Assembly (NCBI GenBank): GCA_013239625.1
Contig: MU053487.1
Location: 1,197,058 to 1,261,057 of the forward strand
Source of the DNA: Lama guanicoe
Taxonomy: Eukaryota
DNA: 64,000 nucleotides
Direction: 5' to 3'
Positions within the stretch are counted from its first letter, which is position 1; each line of letters begins with the position of its first letter. The notes below the pieces were generated by a model. The model was not told the DNA's origin. It saw nothing but the letters and a program-made list of their open reading frames with translations, and searched no databases. Shown here piece after piece: positions 1 to 12,170 of this stretch. A program made the translations under genes and the position numbers.

Positions 1-419
1 GAGCATTATAATGGGAGCCAGGAGCAGGGTATTTGCAGGTTCACAGAGTGGTGCAGATAAAGAATGGGCTTATACTGTGGAACAAGATTGGGACCTGGCT
101 CCAAAACCAGACCAAACTACTCTCTTACTTTGATGCTGGATTGAACTGTTCTGACCCTCAACCCTATTACACACTTGTTGGGTAGAAACAGCTCTGCATA
201 CACGTGACTTTTCTTCCATACATCTCCATCTCTGGTAGGAAATATTTGGCACCGTTCAACTCTAGCTGAGAGCAAACAAAAGTGAGCTGTGGACCTATTC
301 CCAACCTGAGAACTTCAAAAATCTGAAAGGACTCAGAATAAAACAGAAAGCTGGAATTTCAAAGAGAACTTAACTAAGTGGCAAGTGATGCTGAAGCTCC
401 CATGGATTAGTAAAGGTGG

Positions 420-730
420 AAAATCATTTACCACTCAGGAGCCTGAAGGGGCAAGGAGAGGAAAGGAAGGCTGGTGAGAGCTGAAGCTGCGAACTTGAGA
501 CCACCTGACATGATGTTCTAGAGGTCCCTATTACAGCTGAGCCCCTGAGGTCTGGAGAGAATGGGGTAAGCGCCCTGACCTCTCTCTGTCCCAGATTCCT
601 GTTGTGACCACCCACTGGGGAGCCTAGTCAGAGCCCAAAGGGAAGGGAACCTTGATGAGGTAAGGGGTCAGAACTTGAGGGACCAGGGCAGAGAAGGTAG
701 AGTTTGGATTTGAAGGAGGACAAGAAGAAG
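420..730. mobile_element. Old MaLR LTR fragment (MLT1K/L-like)
   Basis: cccactggggagcctagtcagagcccaaagggaagggaacc...cagggcagagaaggtagagtttggatttgaaggagga resembles an MLT1K-type LTR end; heavily diverged. Confidence 0.4.
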
Positions 731-1177
731 ATGACATAAAAATTCTTGACATGATTAAATCCATTTAGTCTATCAGTTCTGACTTACCTTTCAAATAAAT
801 TACCCTCATTGCCTTTAACCATCTTCTACTTATCAAAGCTGAGGCCTTAGAGATGAAATAGTTCATAAATACATTCATCTCATTTTAATAATTTCTTAGT
901 GTAGGATCTTAGAGATTTGTTTGCATTGCTAAAAAAAAAAAAAAAAGAGCAAACACTAAAAAATAAATCTGTGTGTGCTGACGTGTAGTATGATCTCCAT
1001 TTCCCTGAGAAGGAAGCTCAAAGAGCCTGCAGGAGCTGAGGCCGGTCCATATCCCTAGAGTAACATCACAGTGATGTCTGATGCTAAGGTCAGAGAACTC
1101 CCCAGTTGTCAGCACGCTGCCTCCATGCTGCTGTGAAACTCTGAATGCCATGAAACTAATGCAGTGGGACCAATTCC

Positions 1178-1260
1178 ATTCCACATTCATTGACCACCTA
1201 ATATATTCCAGGCACTGTGCTAGGTGCATAAAAGAGTGGTAAGTAAGACATCATGGAATT
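1178..1260 (-). mobile_element. L2 3' tail fragment
   Basis: cattcattgaccacctaatatattccaggcactgtgctaggtgc is the typical antisense L2 3' end. Confidence 0.65.
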
Positions 1261-2292
1261 AGAAACTTTAATCCTTTTAGAGAGCTGCCTAAAAGTGCCT
1301 GCCGTCTATATACTGCTGGCATGCCAGTGATGGTATTTTGCCTATTTTTATTTTAGTGAAAAAGCTAGTGTTTACTTATTTGCTTCAGTAATCTTCTCCC
1401 CCTCTATATTTTAGATCCTTCTATTATATCTTTTTAAACTCCTTCTCTTTCTGCATCTCTTCTTGCCCACACTCCCCACCCCTATTGTCTTCCCGAAATC
1501 CTGAGAAACGCTGCACAAAGGTGAGGTTGCCTCTTGACACGAAGGATCGGAGGTATCATCTTTGCTCTGAGAGGCCTTGGTACTCTGGTTATAACACTAC
1601 GTAGCTAATTATCAAGCATCTCCAGGTACTTGGCATGGAAACAGGCAAATTACACACATAATCTCCTTTAATTTGTTCCTGTGTGTGGAATTTATTTGCA
1701 CACATCAATTCTTTGCTTATAGTGCTGCTGACATCAAAGTGATGAATGTCATGAAACTAACAAAAGAGCAAATCACCCTGATTTCTAACCCTGATGGCAC
1801 TTAGTCTTCTCAGGTTTACGTAGCTCTCATTTGTTTTAACGCACAGAGGTCTGAATATAAAGTAAAGTAAAAATGGCTATGTGGAGGAAAAGCCTTGAAA
1901 AGGGAAAATGAGGCATCCCATGGCATGTGCTAGACTAGCCTTGAATGAGTTTCATGAACACAAATCACAATGATAGAGAGGCAGCATGTAAATGGAGCCT
2001 GAATACTTGGTATCTCCACCCACTCCATTAATCTGAAGCAGATCCCTGATGGGATTATATTCCCTTCCTTCTGTCTTGAGCACTCTTTCCCTGAAAACAC
2101 CTCTTTTTTTCCTGCCACTTTTTTTTTCCTGCACTTTTTTAAAAACCAATCTTGGCTTTGGGGAGGGTTTTCTCAGCAGCTCTGGGAAAAGCTGCATTCA
2201 AGTACAGGACTGTAGAAGTTTATAGAGTCAGGAGACAGTTTGGAAATTATCTCATGCATCTTCCTCATCTCACCTACTAAGAATCCCCAGTC

Positions 2293-2492
2293 TAGCAATG
2301 CAGAAATATAAATTTCTGAGATGATGGAAATTTCCCATCTCTGCACTGTCTAATACAGTAGCCACTATCAACATGTAGCTACTGTACACCTGAAATGTGG
2401 TTAGTGTGACTGAATTCTGAATTTTGTTTACCTTTAATTTTAATTTAAATTCAGACACTTAGGGATAGAAGCTGCCATACTGAATAGTGGAG
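2293..2492 (+). mobile_element. MER3 (hAT-Charlie MITE)
   Basis: ttctgagatgatggaaat...ctgcactgtctaatacagtagccact...tgaaatgtggttagtgtgactga...ttttaatttaaatt...gctgccatactgaatagtggag follows the MER3 consensus. Confidence 0.85.
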
Positions 2493-3299
2493 GTCTGGAT
2501 TGGACCCAATGCCACACAGCTTTTAAGTGGAAGAACTCACCTGATTGTACAGGCATTTGACTCAGTTCAAGGATCTTTTATGGTTTTCAAATGCTGGAGT
2601 AAGTCAATCAGCTAAGTCCAGAATGCATAATTAAGGTACAGGGGAGAATTGTCAGGTGACCTGGCAGTGACAAAGCAAAGTGGGAGCTGTTAGAATTTGG
2701 TAGTGCAAGAAGAAGGGGGATCTACCATTAGTGTCATAGTATAATATGGTTAGACCAGATATGATGTGCACATTGATGAAAAGAAAAAAGAAGTTTGGAT
2801 TTATTGTAAGATTTTTATAAAGACAGCTGAAATGAAAGCTAAAATATTTATATGACCATAAAAATTAGGAGGAAGAGGGGAACAAGAAAGATAAAATTGA
2901 ATGGATATAAGGATGTTAATTTTATCTTGAGCTGGAAGTTAATAATAGACAGTGTCCTAAAATGGACAAATTAAAGAATAAATAAGCAAAAATCATCACA
3001 GTGTCTAAGAGCAGCAGAGGGGAAAGCTCCCTACTCCTTGCCCCTGTGGAGTAGGACGATGAGTAGGGAAAGATGGATAGATACACAGGGAATTAATGTT
3101 TCTCTTTGAAAGAAAATAATTTTATTATTTTGGGCTACGTTTTGCTTCCTTAGATTTTTAAACAAATAAAAACAATTTCTGTGAGCTTCATGGGCTTGAA
3201 ATTAGGGCAAAAAATAAATTTATCAGAAAAACTTTTTAAATGGAGGGATGCTTGGAAACAACACTTAAGGCACAATTAAGTAGATCACTGCTTTTCCTC

Positions 3300-4000
3300 A
3301 TGTATTTAGCTAGACATACAAAAATATTTACCCACAGAATCATTTGTATTTGTCTGATACACAATGAGAGTGATTTTTGTCTGGCAATCTCAGTCTCTGG
3401 CTGCATTAAGTTAGATCTCCTAAATAATGATTCAGTGTAGTCAAAATAAGATACATTTCACTGAGTGCCATACAAATTCAAACACAGCTCATAATACACT
3501 CCAGTCAAAGAACAACAAATTAAAGGCAGATGTGATCTTGCCTATTGGAATCTCACAAGAAGAAGTGTTCTTGTACACTGTGCAGCCTGGCTCTTTGACA
3601 CACATGTTGAGTCTGAATGGGGTAGAGCCCAGAAGAGAGTTGTGGGAAACAAGGCAAGGATGCTCAGGCTGTGGCAGTTACAGTCCATTTTTGAGCTCAG
3701 TGTTGAGAATCCTGGACATGTGGCTGTTGGTGGGGACTGAGGATGGGCAGTTAACCTTCTGTAGAGCTGTTGTACAGACAATGAAGTAACAACCTCAGAA
3801 TGTGGTAAGTCCACAGATCCTAACAAGGCATGGACATCTGGGAATAGGATGTATTTCATAGGCTGGGGAGCAGACTGGCAAGAGCAAATTGAAGAGTGGG
3901 TCCCAACCAACCAGTGGGCATGTGGAGAAAGGCCTTGCCCAGCACAATCAGACTGGTAAATCCATCCCTACTCTGCAGGAGCTCACTCACCAGTTTTACA
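3300..4000 (-). pseudogene. Putative decayed ERV envelope remnant (C-terminal SU and TM ectodomain)
   Basis: Manual minus-strand translation with two 1-nt frameshifts, 3540->3404: QDHI/AFNLLFFDWSVL*AVL/NLYGTQ*NVSYFDYTESLFRRSNLM, resembling the immunosuppressive domain and cysteine loop of retroviral TM; GKAFLHMPTGWLG at 3940->3901 resembles the AYxxLPxxWxG motif of late SU. Confidence 0.4.
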
Positions 4001-4737
4001 CTTGAGAAGAAGGAAGTTGGATACAAATGGGGTGCCCCAGAGTGTGATCCCCTTGGTGATAACCACCTGACCATGGTCTGGTAAGACTCTAGGTGTAGTG
4101 ATGAATGTATTCTCATATGATCCTGTGCATAACTTTTGCATCCCTGTTTTCAAGTCTCATTTCCTAAAATGTCATTTTGAGTCATTTCACATTCTTAAAT
4201 GTGATCCATACAGTAAGCCTCCAGTTGTTGTACCTCAGTGGTCCAAAATGGTGCAGGATTCTCTCCATCTAGACCCTACCAGGGCAGAGGAAGCAAAATA
4301 AAAGTAGTTTTATTTGCTTTCATTCCCTACCATAAAGAAATTCTGAAGTCAGACTAGTCCATGATTTTTCTGTGCTTAACTGACCTGTAAAGAGAAATGT
4401 TCATCTCAAGGATTTCATCCTCCTACCTCAGTTGGCTACAGACTTCCAGTTGCACTAACCCAGTGTGCAGTGTGTTCACCCAAGGGACATTTTTCCGAGT
4501 CTCCAGCACCAGATTCTTGCCCAACATTCCTAAAGAAACTCTAAGCTAGCCCTGCATTGCTAATGGAGAGTAGGGAACTGAGACCTCCCCACTCTCAGAC
4601 CCTTTCTATCAAATGTGGATCTTCCTTCCAGAAGCCCCTTTGTTTTCATTGTAGGTTCACTGCTCTTGCACGATGTCAAGAATTACCATGGGTGTCCTAC
4701 TTCCTTCAAAACCAATTACACAGAAAGTCATGCTTAC

Positions 4738-5136
4738 TGTCTTGGTCTTCTCAGGCTGTCATGATAAACTACCATAGACTGGGTGCCTTAAACACCACAT
4801 TTAAATTCTTTTATAATTCTGGAGGCTGGGAAGTCCAAGGTCAAGGTGTCAACTGATTGGTTTCTGTTGAAGGCTCTCTTCATGGCTTGGTATGATTATC
4901 ATCTCACTATGTCCTCAGATGGTTTTTTTCTCAGTGCAGGAACATGGAGGGAGAGAGAAATAGCTCTCTCTCTCTTCCCCTTCTTATAAGGCCACTTAAT
5001 GACATCATGAGGGCCCCACCCTCATGACTAATTGAATCTTAATTACCACCCAAAGGTCCCATATCTGAATACCATCACACTGGGGATTGGAGCCTCAATA
5101 TATGAATCTGTGGGGGAAAACAAACAGTCCAAAACA
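4738..5136 (-). mobile_element. MLT1A-type MaLR LTR (3' LTR of a full-length element)
   Basis: TG...CA termini; ttctggaggctgggaagtccaaggtcaaggtg, gagggccccaccctcatgac and aataccatcacactggggatt are MLT1A hallmarks; polypurine tract (ttccacccct on the plus strand) abuts 5137. Confidence 0.9.
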
Positions 5137-6452
5137 TTCCACCCCTGGTCCCGCAAAATTCACATCTTTCATGCAAAATACATTCATTCTGTCCCAACAG
5201 CCCCCAGAGTTCTCACTCTTTCCAACATCAGCTCTGAAGTTTAAAGTCCAGAATATTATCTAAATTAGATATAAATGAGACTGGAGGTATAATGTATCCT
5301 GAGGCAGAATTTCTCTCCTGCTGTGAATCTGTCAAACGAGACAAGTTATGTGCTACCAAATACAACGGTGGGACAGGTGTAGCTAGACGTTCCCATTCCA
5401 ACAAGGAGAAATAGGAAAGAAAGAAAGGCTGACAGGTCCCAGGAAAGTCCAAAACCTAGCAAGGTAAATTCCACCTGATCTCAAGGTTCAAGAATAATCT
5501 TCCATGGTTCAGTGCTCTGACCTCCAGACCCACTAGGGTGGCACTTCCATCTTTTAGACCCACAGCGGTGGTGGTCCCATCTCCAGACCCCCTGGGTTGA
5601 TAATCCATCCCCCAAGGCTCTGCCAGGTGGCCGTAAGCTCCCAAGGATGGCACCCTGTCCCCAAGGCTCTGGGCAGCAGCCAGTACAGTGGAGGCAGTCA
5701 TGATTCAGTCTCTGAATCACCTTCATGTGATCATTTTTTTTCTTTTCTCGAAGCATACCACACATTCACAGCTGAATAGCTGTGTGGCTCAGTCCTGCAG
5801 TATCAAAGAATTTTGACAATTTCTTGTTTTTCTGTGTTCCCTTTATTACCAGATGGTAGTGTTTCACTTGTGTAATCCCATCTCTATTCCTGGCTTCTTA
5901 AGTTCACAAATGGTGCTCGTGATCTCTTTATCAAATGCTTGTTCAGTCCTACCCTTAGTGTTCTCTTTAGAACAAACCTCCTCTCTCTCTCTCTCTCTCT
6001 TTTTTTTTTTTTTGTAATGTGGACAAACTAATCATCTTGCAATGTCTTCCAATTATGATTCATTTTTGCTTAGCTATTCCATGTTCATCTCTCTCCTTTG
6101 GCATTTTACTATAAGGAGTAAGGAAGACCCAGGCCACACCTATAATACTTTGCTTAGAAAGCTGCTCTGCTAAATATCCAATTTCATCACTCACAAATTC
6201 TATCATCCACAGAACACTAGAACACATTTTAGTCAAGTCCTTTATTGCTTTGTAACAAACATCTCCTCTCTTCCAGTTTCCAATAAAATGTCCCCCATTT
6301 CCATCTGCGATTGCACCAGACTTGCCTTTAGCTTCCGTATTTCTAGAATGTGCCTCAAAACATTGCCAGCCTCTCCCCATTTCCAGTTCCTAAGTCACTT
6401 CCACACTGTTAGATATTTGTTATGGCACTAGCCACTTCTTGGTACCAGAATC
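5137..6452 (-). mobile_element. MLT1A internal region (MaLR-int)
   Basis: Lies between two same-orientation MLT1A LTRs; typical junction cttggtaccagaatc|tgtattag and internal tgcttagaaa...tccaatttcatcactcacaa motif. Confidence 0.85.
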
Positions 6453-6742
6453 TGTATTAGTCTGCTCAGGCTGCCATAGCAAAATATCACGTACGGAGTG
6501 ACTTGCACAATGAGAATATGTTTTCTCACTGTTCTGCAAGCTTGGAAGTCCAAGATCAAGGTCCCAGACTAGAGCCAGTCTTGTAAGGGCTCTCTTCTTG
6601 GCTTGTAGGTGGCTATCTTCTTGCTGCATTCTCAGCCCAAGTGCCCCACCTGCCCCAGGCTCCATTTCCAAATAGGATCACGTTGGACTTTAGGGTTTCA
6701 GTATGTGAGTTTTGGGGGGGACACAAACATTCAGTTAAAACA
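6453..6742 (-). mobile_element. MLT1A-type MaLR LTR (5' LTR, internally deleted)
   Basis: tgtattagtctgctcaggctgccatagcaaaat...gaagtccaagatcaagg...ttttggggggacacaaacattcag; about 110 bp shorter than its partner LTR. Confidence 0.85.
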
Positions 6743-8037
6743 ACTACTTAGCATGAATGTATTTTCGTTGCTCACAGTCCTGGATGCCAAAGGGTGGATA
6801 CAGATCATATTCCTTTGCTTTATGATCCAACCCTGTCATTAGGCTAATTTATCCCTCTTGATTTGTTTTCCTCCCACCCTCCTTAGTATGAGTGTTTGAA
6901 CTTGGATCACACCATCCACGGGAGATATTAGTATGCATTTTGGTCCACACAATATAATTTATGAATTTATGTCATCACTCTTGTCCCTTCCCCAGAGTAC
7001 CTTCCACCTCAAAACTCAGCACTTATATTTTTGCCTTCACTTTAATAACATCTTTTGGCCAGAGTAGAGGTTTCCTCCATTCACTAAAATACAGTACAAG
7101 ACCTGAACTTAAACATGCTTGACAGGTATGTGGTGCTGCTGAGAATTACCCTGACAGCAGACTGATGTGAAAACAGCCAACCACAAATTCCACATTAACT
7201 CTCAATCTCAGGTTTTGTATTAGCTCTCTATCTGTTTATGATAATTTCCAGTGCCCTGTGTTGTTTGCTTAACTTTCAGCATTCTGTCTTCAGTGGTTTG
7301 ACCATTTGGAGGTCAGCTTGACCCAGGCACAGAGCAATCTGACAGTCTAATTTCTTTCATGCCACCTGAGGTGTCCTCTGAGTTGCAGCTGAGGGATATT
7401 CAACATGAAATTGTTTTTGTAATTGTTGATGTGTTGAAAGCTGGTAGTGTACATCTTCAGAATCAGGTGAGAGAGGTGTCCAGCTGGCAAGGACTTCAGA
7501 GTAGCTCAAAACTTAAGTCGTGGACTCATGACAAATAGATCCTATAGCTCTCTGCTGGTTAAAGAGAAATATCAGAAAGAGATTGGGTGGTTTCTCAAAA
7601 ATTTAGATAGGAAGGATGTAGATCAAAGAGGGAAGAGATTGGGGTGAAAAAGAAAAGGATAACAAATGTTTTTAATACATGAACATTTTACATCTTAATA
7701 AAAAAGATATGGAGACTTTTTAATTTTACTATTGAATCTGCTTCTGATGTTAATCATGATTTAAAATTAGCTATTGGCTTCTGAGTATGGGTACTTCATC
7801 TTTGTCTGTAACATCAGAGAGGTTGTGATAAGGTGTAGATGGACTTGAAAGAGCACAGAGTTCAAAGGCTTTATGGGAAAGTTTTTAAGTATGGGACAAC
7901 CTGGAGTCAAGAAATCTTCACTCAATTCTAAACTCTTCAATGGATGATGGTCTATAAATTATTCAAGCTCCCAGGACCTTAGTATCCACATTTACCAGTT
8001 GAGAAGTTTGACTAAATGACACCCAAGACTTTCAGAA

Positions 8038-8112
8038 ATATTCTATTCTACGCTATGCTATGCTATGCTATGCTATGCTATGCTATGCTATGCTATGCTA
8101 TGCTGTTCTGTT
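8038..8112 (+). repeat. (CTATG)n pentanucleotide microsatellite with degenerate flanks
   Basis: About 10 pure ctatg units directly visible. Confidence 0.97.
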
Positions 8113-8837
8113 CCTCAGTGTTTTTGAAATCATCAGTAAATAGGAAATCATACAATTTATCATCCAAGCCAGGACAGTTTTTGATATCTTTCAAAGTCAC
8201 AATGAAACATCCCTTTGTAAAAGAATTGACCTTTGAAAATATTTGAAAGATCACAGAGGGAGATGGGAAGTAATTTCATTAAATTTTCATATGAAATGAG
8301 GAAATAAAAATTCCACTGCTAATAAAGAATGCTTTATTTACATATTTGTTAGCAATCTGCACCCTCAGCTCTAACGGTGTTGGGAGCCATGCCTGGAGTT
8401 GCTGTTCAAGGGGCTCCTTTGTTAAGAATCCATCCTTACTCCTGACCCACCCATGGGTCAGGAGTCCCTCCTTGGGGCTCCCTCAGCACCAGTGCCAATT
8501 CCAGTGCTCTGTTTCATGATTGTTGGTGTCCTTGCCTCTCTCCTCCAGAAGATGGAGGGCAGAACCTGGCTCTTTCATCTCTGTATCCCAGAACATGGGC
8601 ATCAGGGCTGAGACTGAAGGGAGACAAGTCATTCCCTCTCAGTGTTGCGTTGTGCAGGGCCAGCACATGCACGGACCTGAGTGTGACGGCTCCTGACATC
8701 TGGTACTGTAGGGGCCTTGTCTGCCTCACACCCATCCAGGCCCTGATGGGTAGAGTGCTTAGCACATGATAATCCTGTAGCAAAGCCAATGACACCAGCA
8801 AGTACTGAACTTTGGAGGCAGGGTTTGCTTTTAAATG

Positions 8838-9352
8838 TTGTTGGTGTTATGATTTCAGTATGATGAGGCCAGCAGATCAGAAGACGTTTGCCGTTGGAAA
8901 GATGGTCTGTTACTCACAGTTCCCAAGGGGAGAGGCACACCATGCCCTGCAGGGGTCACACAGGGAAGCACTGGGGCTGGTCAGGACACAGAGGGAACTC
9001 GGGGAAAACATGGGCAAAAAGCCTTTATTGTGGTTTCCATGGGAAGAAATGAGCAGGGCCGGGTAAGCAGGATTGGCTAGTTTGAAGAATTTCAGTGGAC
9101 TCTGGGGTCTAGGGACTGTCTCCCTCGTTACCTGCTACCTTGCCCTGGGGTGTAGTGACAGGGGAGTAGTGGCCCTGAGTGTGAGAGCCAAGATAAAGGA
9201 GGGGGTTGGGTGTGGGCTCTGAATATGGAAAAAACACTTGCAGGCCTGTCCTTTGCTAGCTCTGGGGATTGGCTAGTCCTGGGAAGGCTGTCCCCCTGGG
9301 TCAGTGAAACGCCAAGACGTCAGAGCATCAGAATGAAAAGACATGTTTAATG
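8838..9352 (-). mobile_element. ERVL-type solo LTR (MER74-like)
   Basis: Minus strand reads ttctgatgctctgacgtcttgg...ctgaccc...ctagccaatcccc...ccacaataaaggct (polyA signal; cctttattgtgg at ~9022 on plus), matching the MER73/74 group. Confidence 0.7.
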
Positions 9353-9359
9353 CGGGTTT

Positions 9360-9512
9360 CCCTGGGTTTGAATACGTGCTGCCACTTAGAAGCCTCATGG
9401 CCTTAAGCATACCAACCTGTCTCAGAAAACAGGAGTGTTAATAATGCAACAGTCTCACTGGTTTGTCAGGAGGATTAGAACAAAGAGCCTGGTACATAGT
9501 CGGCTCTCAAGA
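9360..9512 (+). mobile_element. MIR
   Basis: ctgggtttgaat...ctgccactta...tgtcaggaggatta...gcctggtacatagt...ctcaa. Confidence 0.7.
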
Positions 9513-11019
9513 CCTGGCAAACACTAGTCAATACACACAGTAGAGTATCTGTCACAGGGCACGTGCTTTTGTGCAGATACACCACATTTTGGATGGAGAG
9601 AGGGCTTGGCTACTCTTTTGAAAATGACCTCCACTTTTGGTCACTTCTTTGAATAATATTCTGAATAATTCTGGTGAAATAGACTGCTGCTCCTAGAAAC
9701 TCGAGTCTCTCTGGAGGCTCCTGAAACTTCTCACTTTGAACAAGGCTAAAAATAACCCAAGTACCTTCCTTCCCTGGGGGATGATGGTGCTACAAACTTT
9801 GCAGAGGATGCAGGGGACTGTGTGCATATATGTCAAAGTTTCTGGGACTTTCCAAAGCTTTAAAAAGAAATTTGTTTTGAATGCTTGGCAAGTTTCAGAA
9901 GCAGCTCTCTCTAGGCTGGTACAGTGACAGCAGGAGCTTCTTTCCACATCAAGCAGGAATCTTTACTAGCACTAGGGCATGTGAAAGAGACGACTGAAAT
10001 GTGGCACACAAGGGCCATGGTGGACGAAGGGTAAGTTTTGTTGTGAAGCATTAGCTTTCACTTGACAGCATCTAGGGATTGGGGGCGCTATAGAGCCATT
10101 CACTTCAGACCTTTGCCTCCATACCAGGATTAACATCAGTGGATGCGAAGGGAAGGGAAATCACAAATGATGTGCTGTGTGAGCTGGGAATAAGAGGTAC
10201 TGTGTTTGCAGCAGAGACAAACATAGCAGCTTTCTCCAGGGACCCGGGCTGTTCTCCTGCTGTCATTTAGTGTAAAATAGGATCCTGATCAGGAATCTGA
10301 TGACAGTGACACGCCTTCCCATGGGCCCCCTTCAGGGGTTGGAGTGGGTCTTTGCCAGGCAGCATGATTAAGCTGGCACTGCTTAAACCAAGCCTAAATA
10401 TAAAGAATGAGACTAGAGTGTGGGCAGCATAAATATGTTCTTAACATCTCTCATTGTAACAGTTCAAGAATTTCTTTGGAATCTTCCACTTCATTCCTTT
10501 CTGCATTAAGAAACATCAGTGTACTTTGGAACAGCAACAGGGAGCTCATATAATACTGTGGCCTCCATACTCAAAACCCACTTAAATGTTAAGTAGTATC
10601 TTTACTCTTTGTAGTCATTTGTGTGTATTTCTTTTAAGGAATAGCTATGGTAATATTTAAAGTAACTTTTACACAGTGGAATTTGTGACAGAATATATGT
10701 TACCACACTGACCTTTGGAAAACTACTTTCCTTATGAGATAATTTATAACCTGTAGAAGACATTTGGTGTCTTAATGTTTTCTTTCAGTCTCATACTCTA
10801 TCACTGTTTCTTTTTATTGCATTAAGTAGACTCAGTCCACAGCTAAGCTTCTAGGATTAAAACAGCTATATGTTTTCCAAATAGCTTCTGAGGGGTGGAC
10901 TGAGGTAGGGTACTGGGCTGTGCACCTGTCAGTCTGATTAACCTTGTGTTGTTCAATTAAAGCTCTTAGTTCAGGTAAAGAAGAAAGAGGAGGTAAAATG
11001 ATGGTAAGATTTTTTTGTT

Positions 11020-11180
11020 TGACATTTACAGGATGCCAGGCATCTTACTATGCTTTTTACATATTTTCATAGACCATCTCCATAGCACCTCTTTGAGATA
11101 GGTATTATCATAGCCTCCATTTTATGGATGAGGACTTCGAAGCGTAGCGACGTTAATTATCCCAAGTCACAATTACTGGG
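11020..11180 (-). mobile_element. MIR
   Basis: gataggtattatc...ccattttatggatgaggac...cccaagtcaca is the antisense MIR core. Confidence 0.75.
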
Positions 11181-11224
11181 TCGGTCAGAAATCACACATA
11201 ATTCTGATGAAATGGTTCAATTAT

Positions 11225-12170
11225 TTTTCTCTATGAAATTATACAAGTAAGTAGATATTAATTAAAATCAAATGGCACTAAAGGGCTTAAAGTGAAAAAT
11301 CTTTGCCCAGTCTTCAGTCTGCTGCACAGGGGAATATTTTTTTAACTCTTCTTGATTTTTCTCCTCATATGGCTCTCCTCATTTCTAAAAATTGTGGTTG
11401 TATTGACTTTTAAAAATTTATCAAGTTCATGACCTTCCTGTTGTATGTAAATAGGAATTTATTTTGCTTACACATATCCCCACTCTGATTACCCCCTCTT
11501 CATCTTCCCAATCACAAAGTTTATTATTTCTATTTAAGTGATGTCTTCTGCCCAGCTGAGTGATTCTTTTCTCTTCTTTTTATAATTTTAAATTTTCTTA
11601 GAATTACTATTTATCTAATTACTTCATTCACTGACTTAGCTGCGTATGCCTCACAGATTTCTTCTCAAATGTTCCAGTAGACATATCGAACACTGACTCT
11701 TCAGATGAGCTCTCCACCCTACCACACACCCCCAGAGATCATCCTCTTTCTTTTTTCCATGAGAGACTGGTTTCCTTCCACTACAATCCTTTTGGACATC
11801 CTCCATCCAACTCTTCCTATGCCTGCACCTCATTTTTGGTGGTCCATACCCTCCAGTAATTTCTGTTAAAGGGGATTGTTTTTGTTTGTTTGATTGCTTT
11901 TAGTTTCCTTATTCTTACATTATTGAGCAGTTTGGCTGAGTAAGAACTCTAAATGATGTTCCCTCTGCAGGCACGTTAATTAGTAGGTTCCTTTCCTCTG
12001 TTAACTCTTGTACTCATTGTCCATTTGCTTTCCAGTGTCCGAAAATGCTGTCTAATCTCCTCTTTACCATAGACATTTTTCCTTTTTTCTTTGGCTTTGT
12101 TTTGAAATGCCCTGTTAAATTCCTCTGCTATTATTTAATTAGAGTTTATTGCAGAAAAAAAAAGATAAAC
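11225..12170 (-). mobile_element. Very old L1 (L1ME-like) fragments
   Basis: T-rich strand bias and decayed L1-like phrases (cagtttggctgagtaagaactcta); boundaries uncertain. Confidence 0.35.

Noticed and set aside
6060..6380. 106-aa minus-strand ORF
   Set aside because: Lies in the MLT1A internal region; a remnant of the MaLR internal ORF, not a host gene
8016..8246. ORF with (YAMLC)n repeat
   Set aside because: It is the translation of the (CTATG)n microsatellite
10075..10092. GGGGGCGCTA, CTCF-like half site
   Set aside because: The 5' CCAC/GCAG part of the CTCF motif is absent
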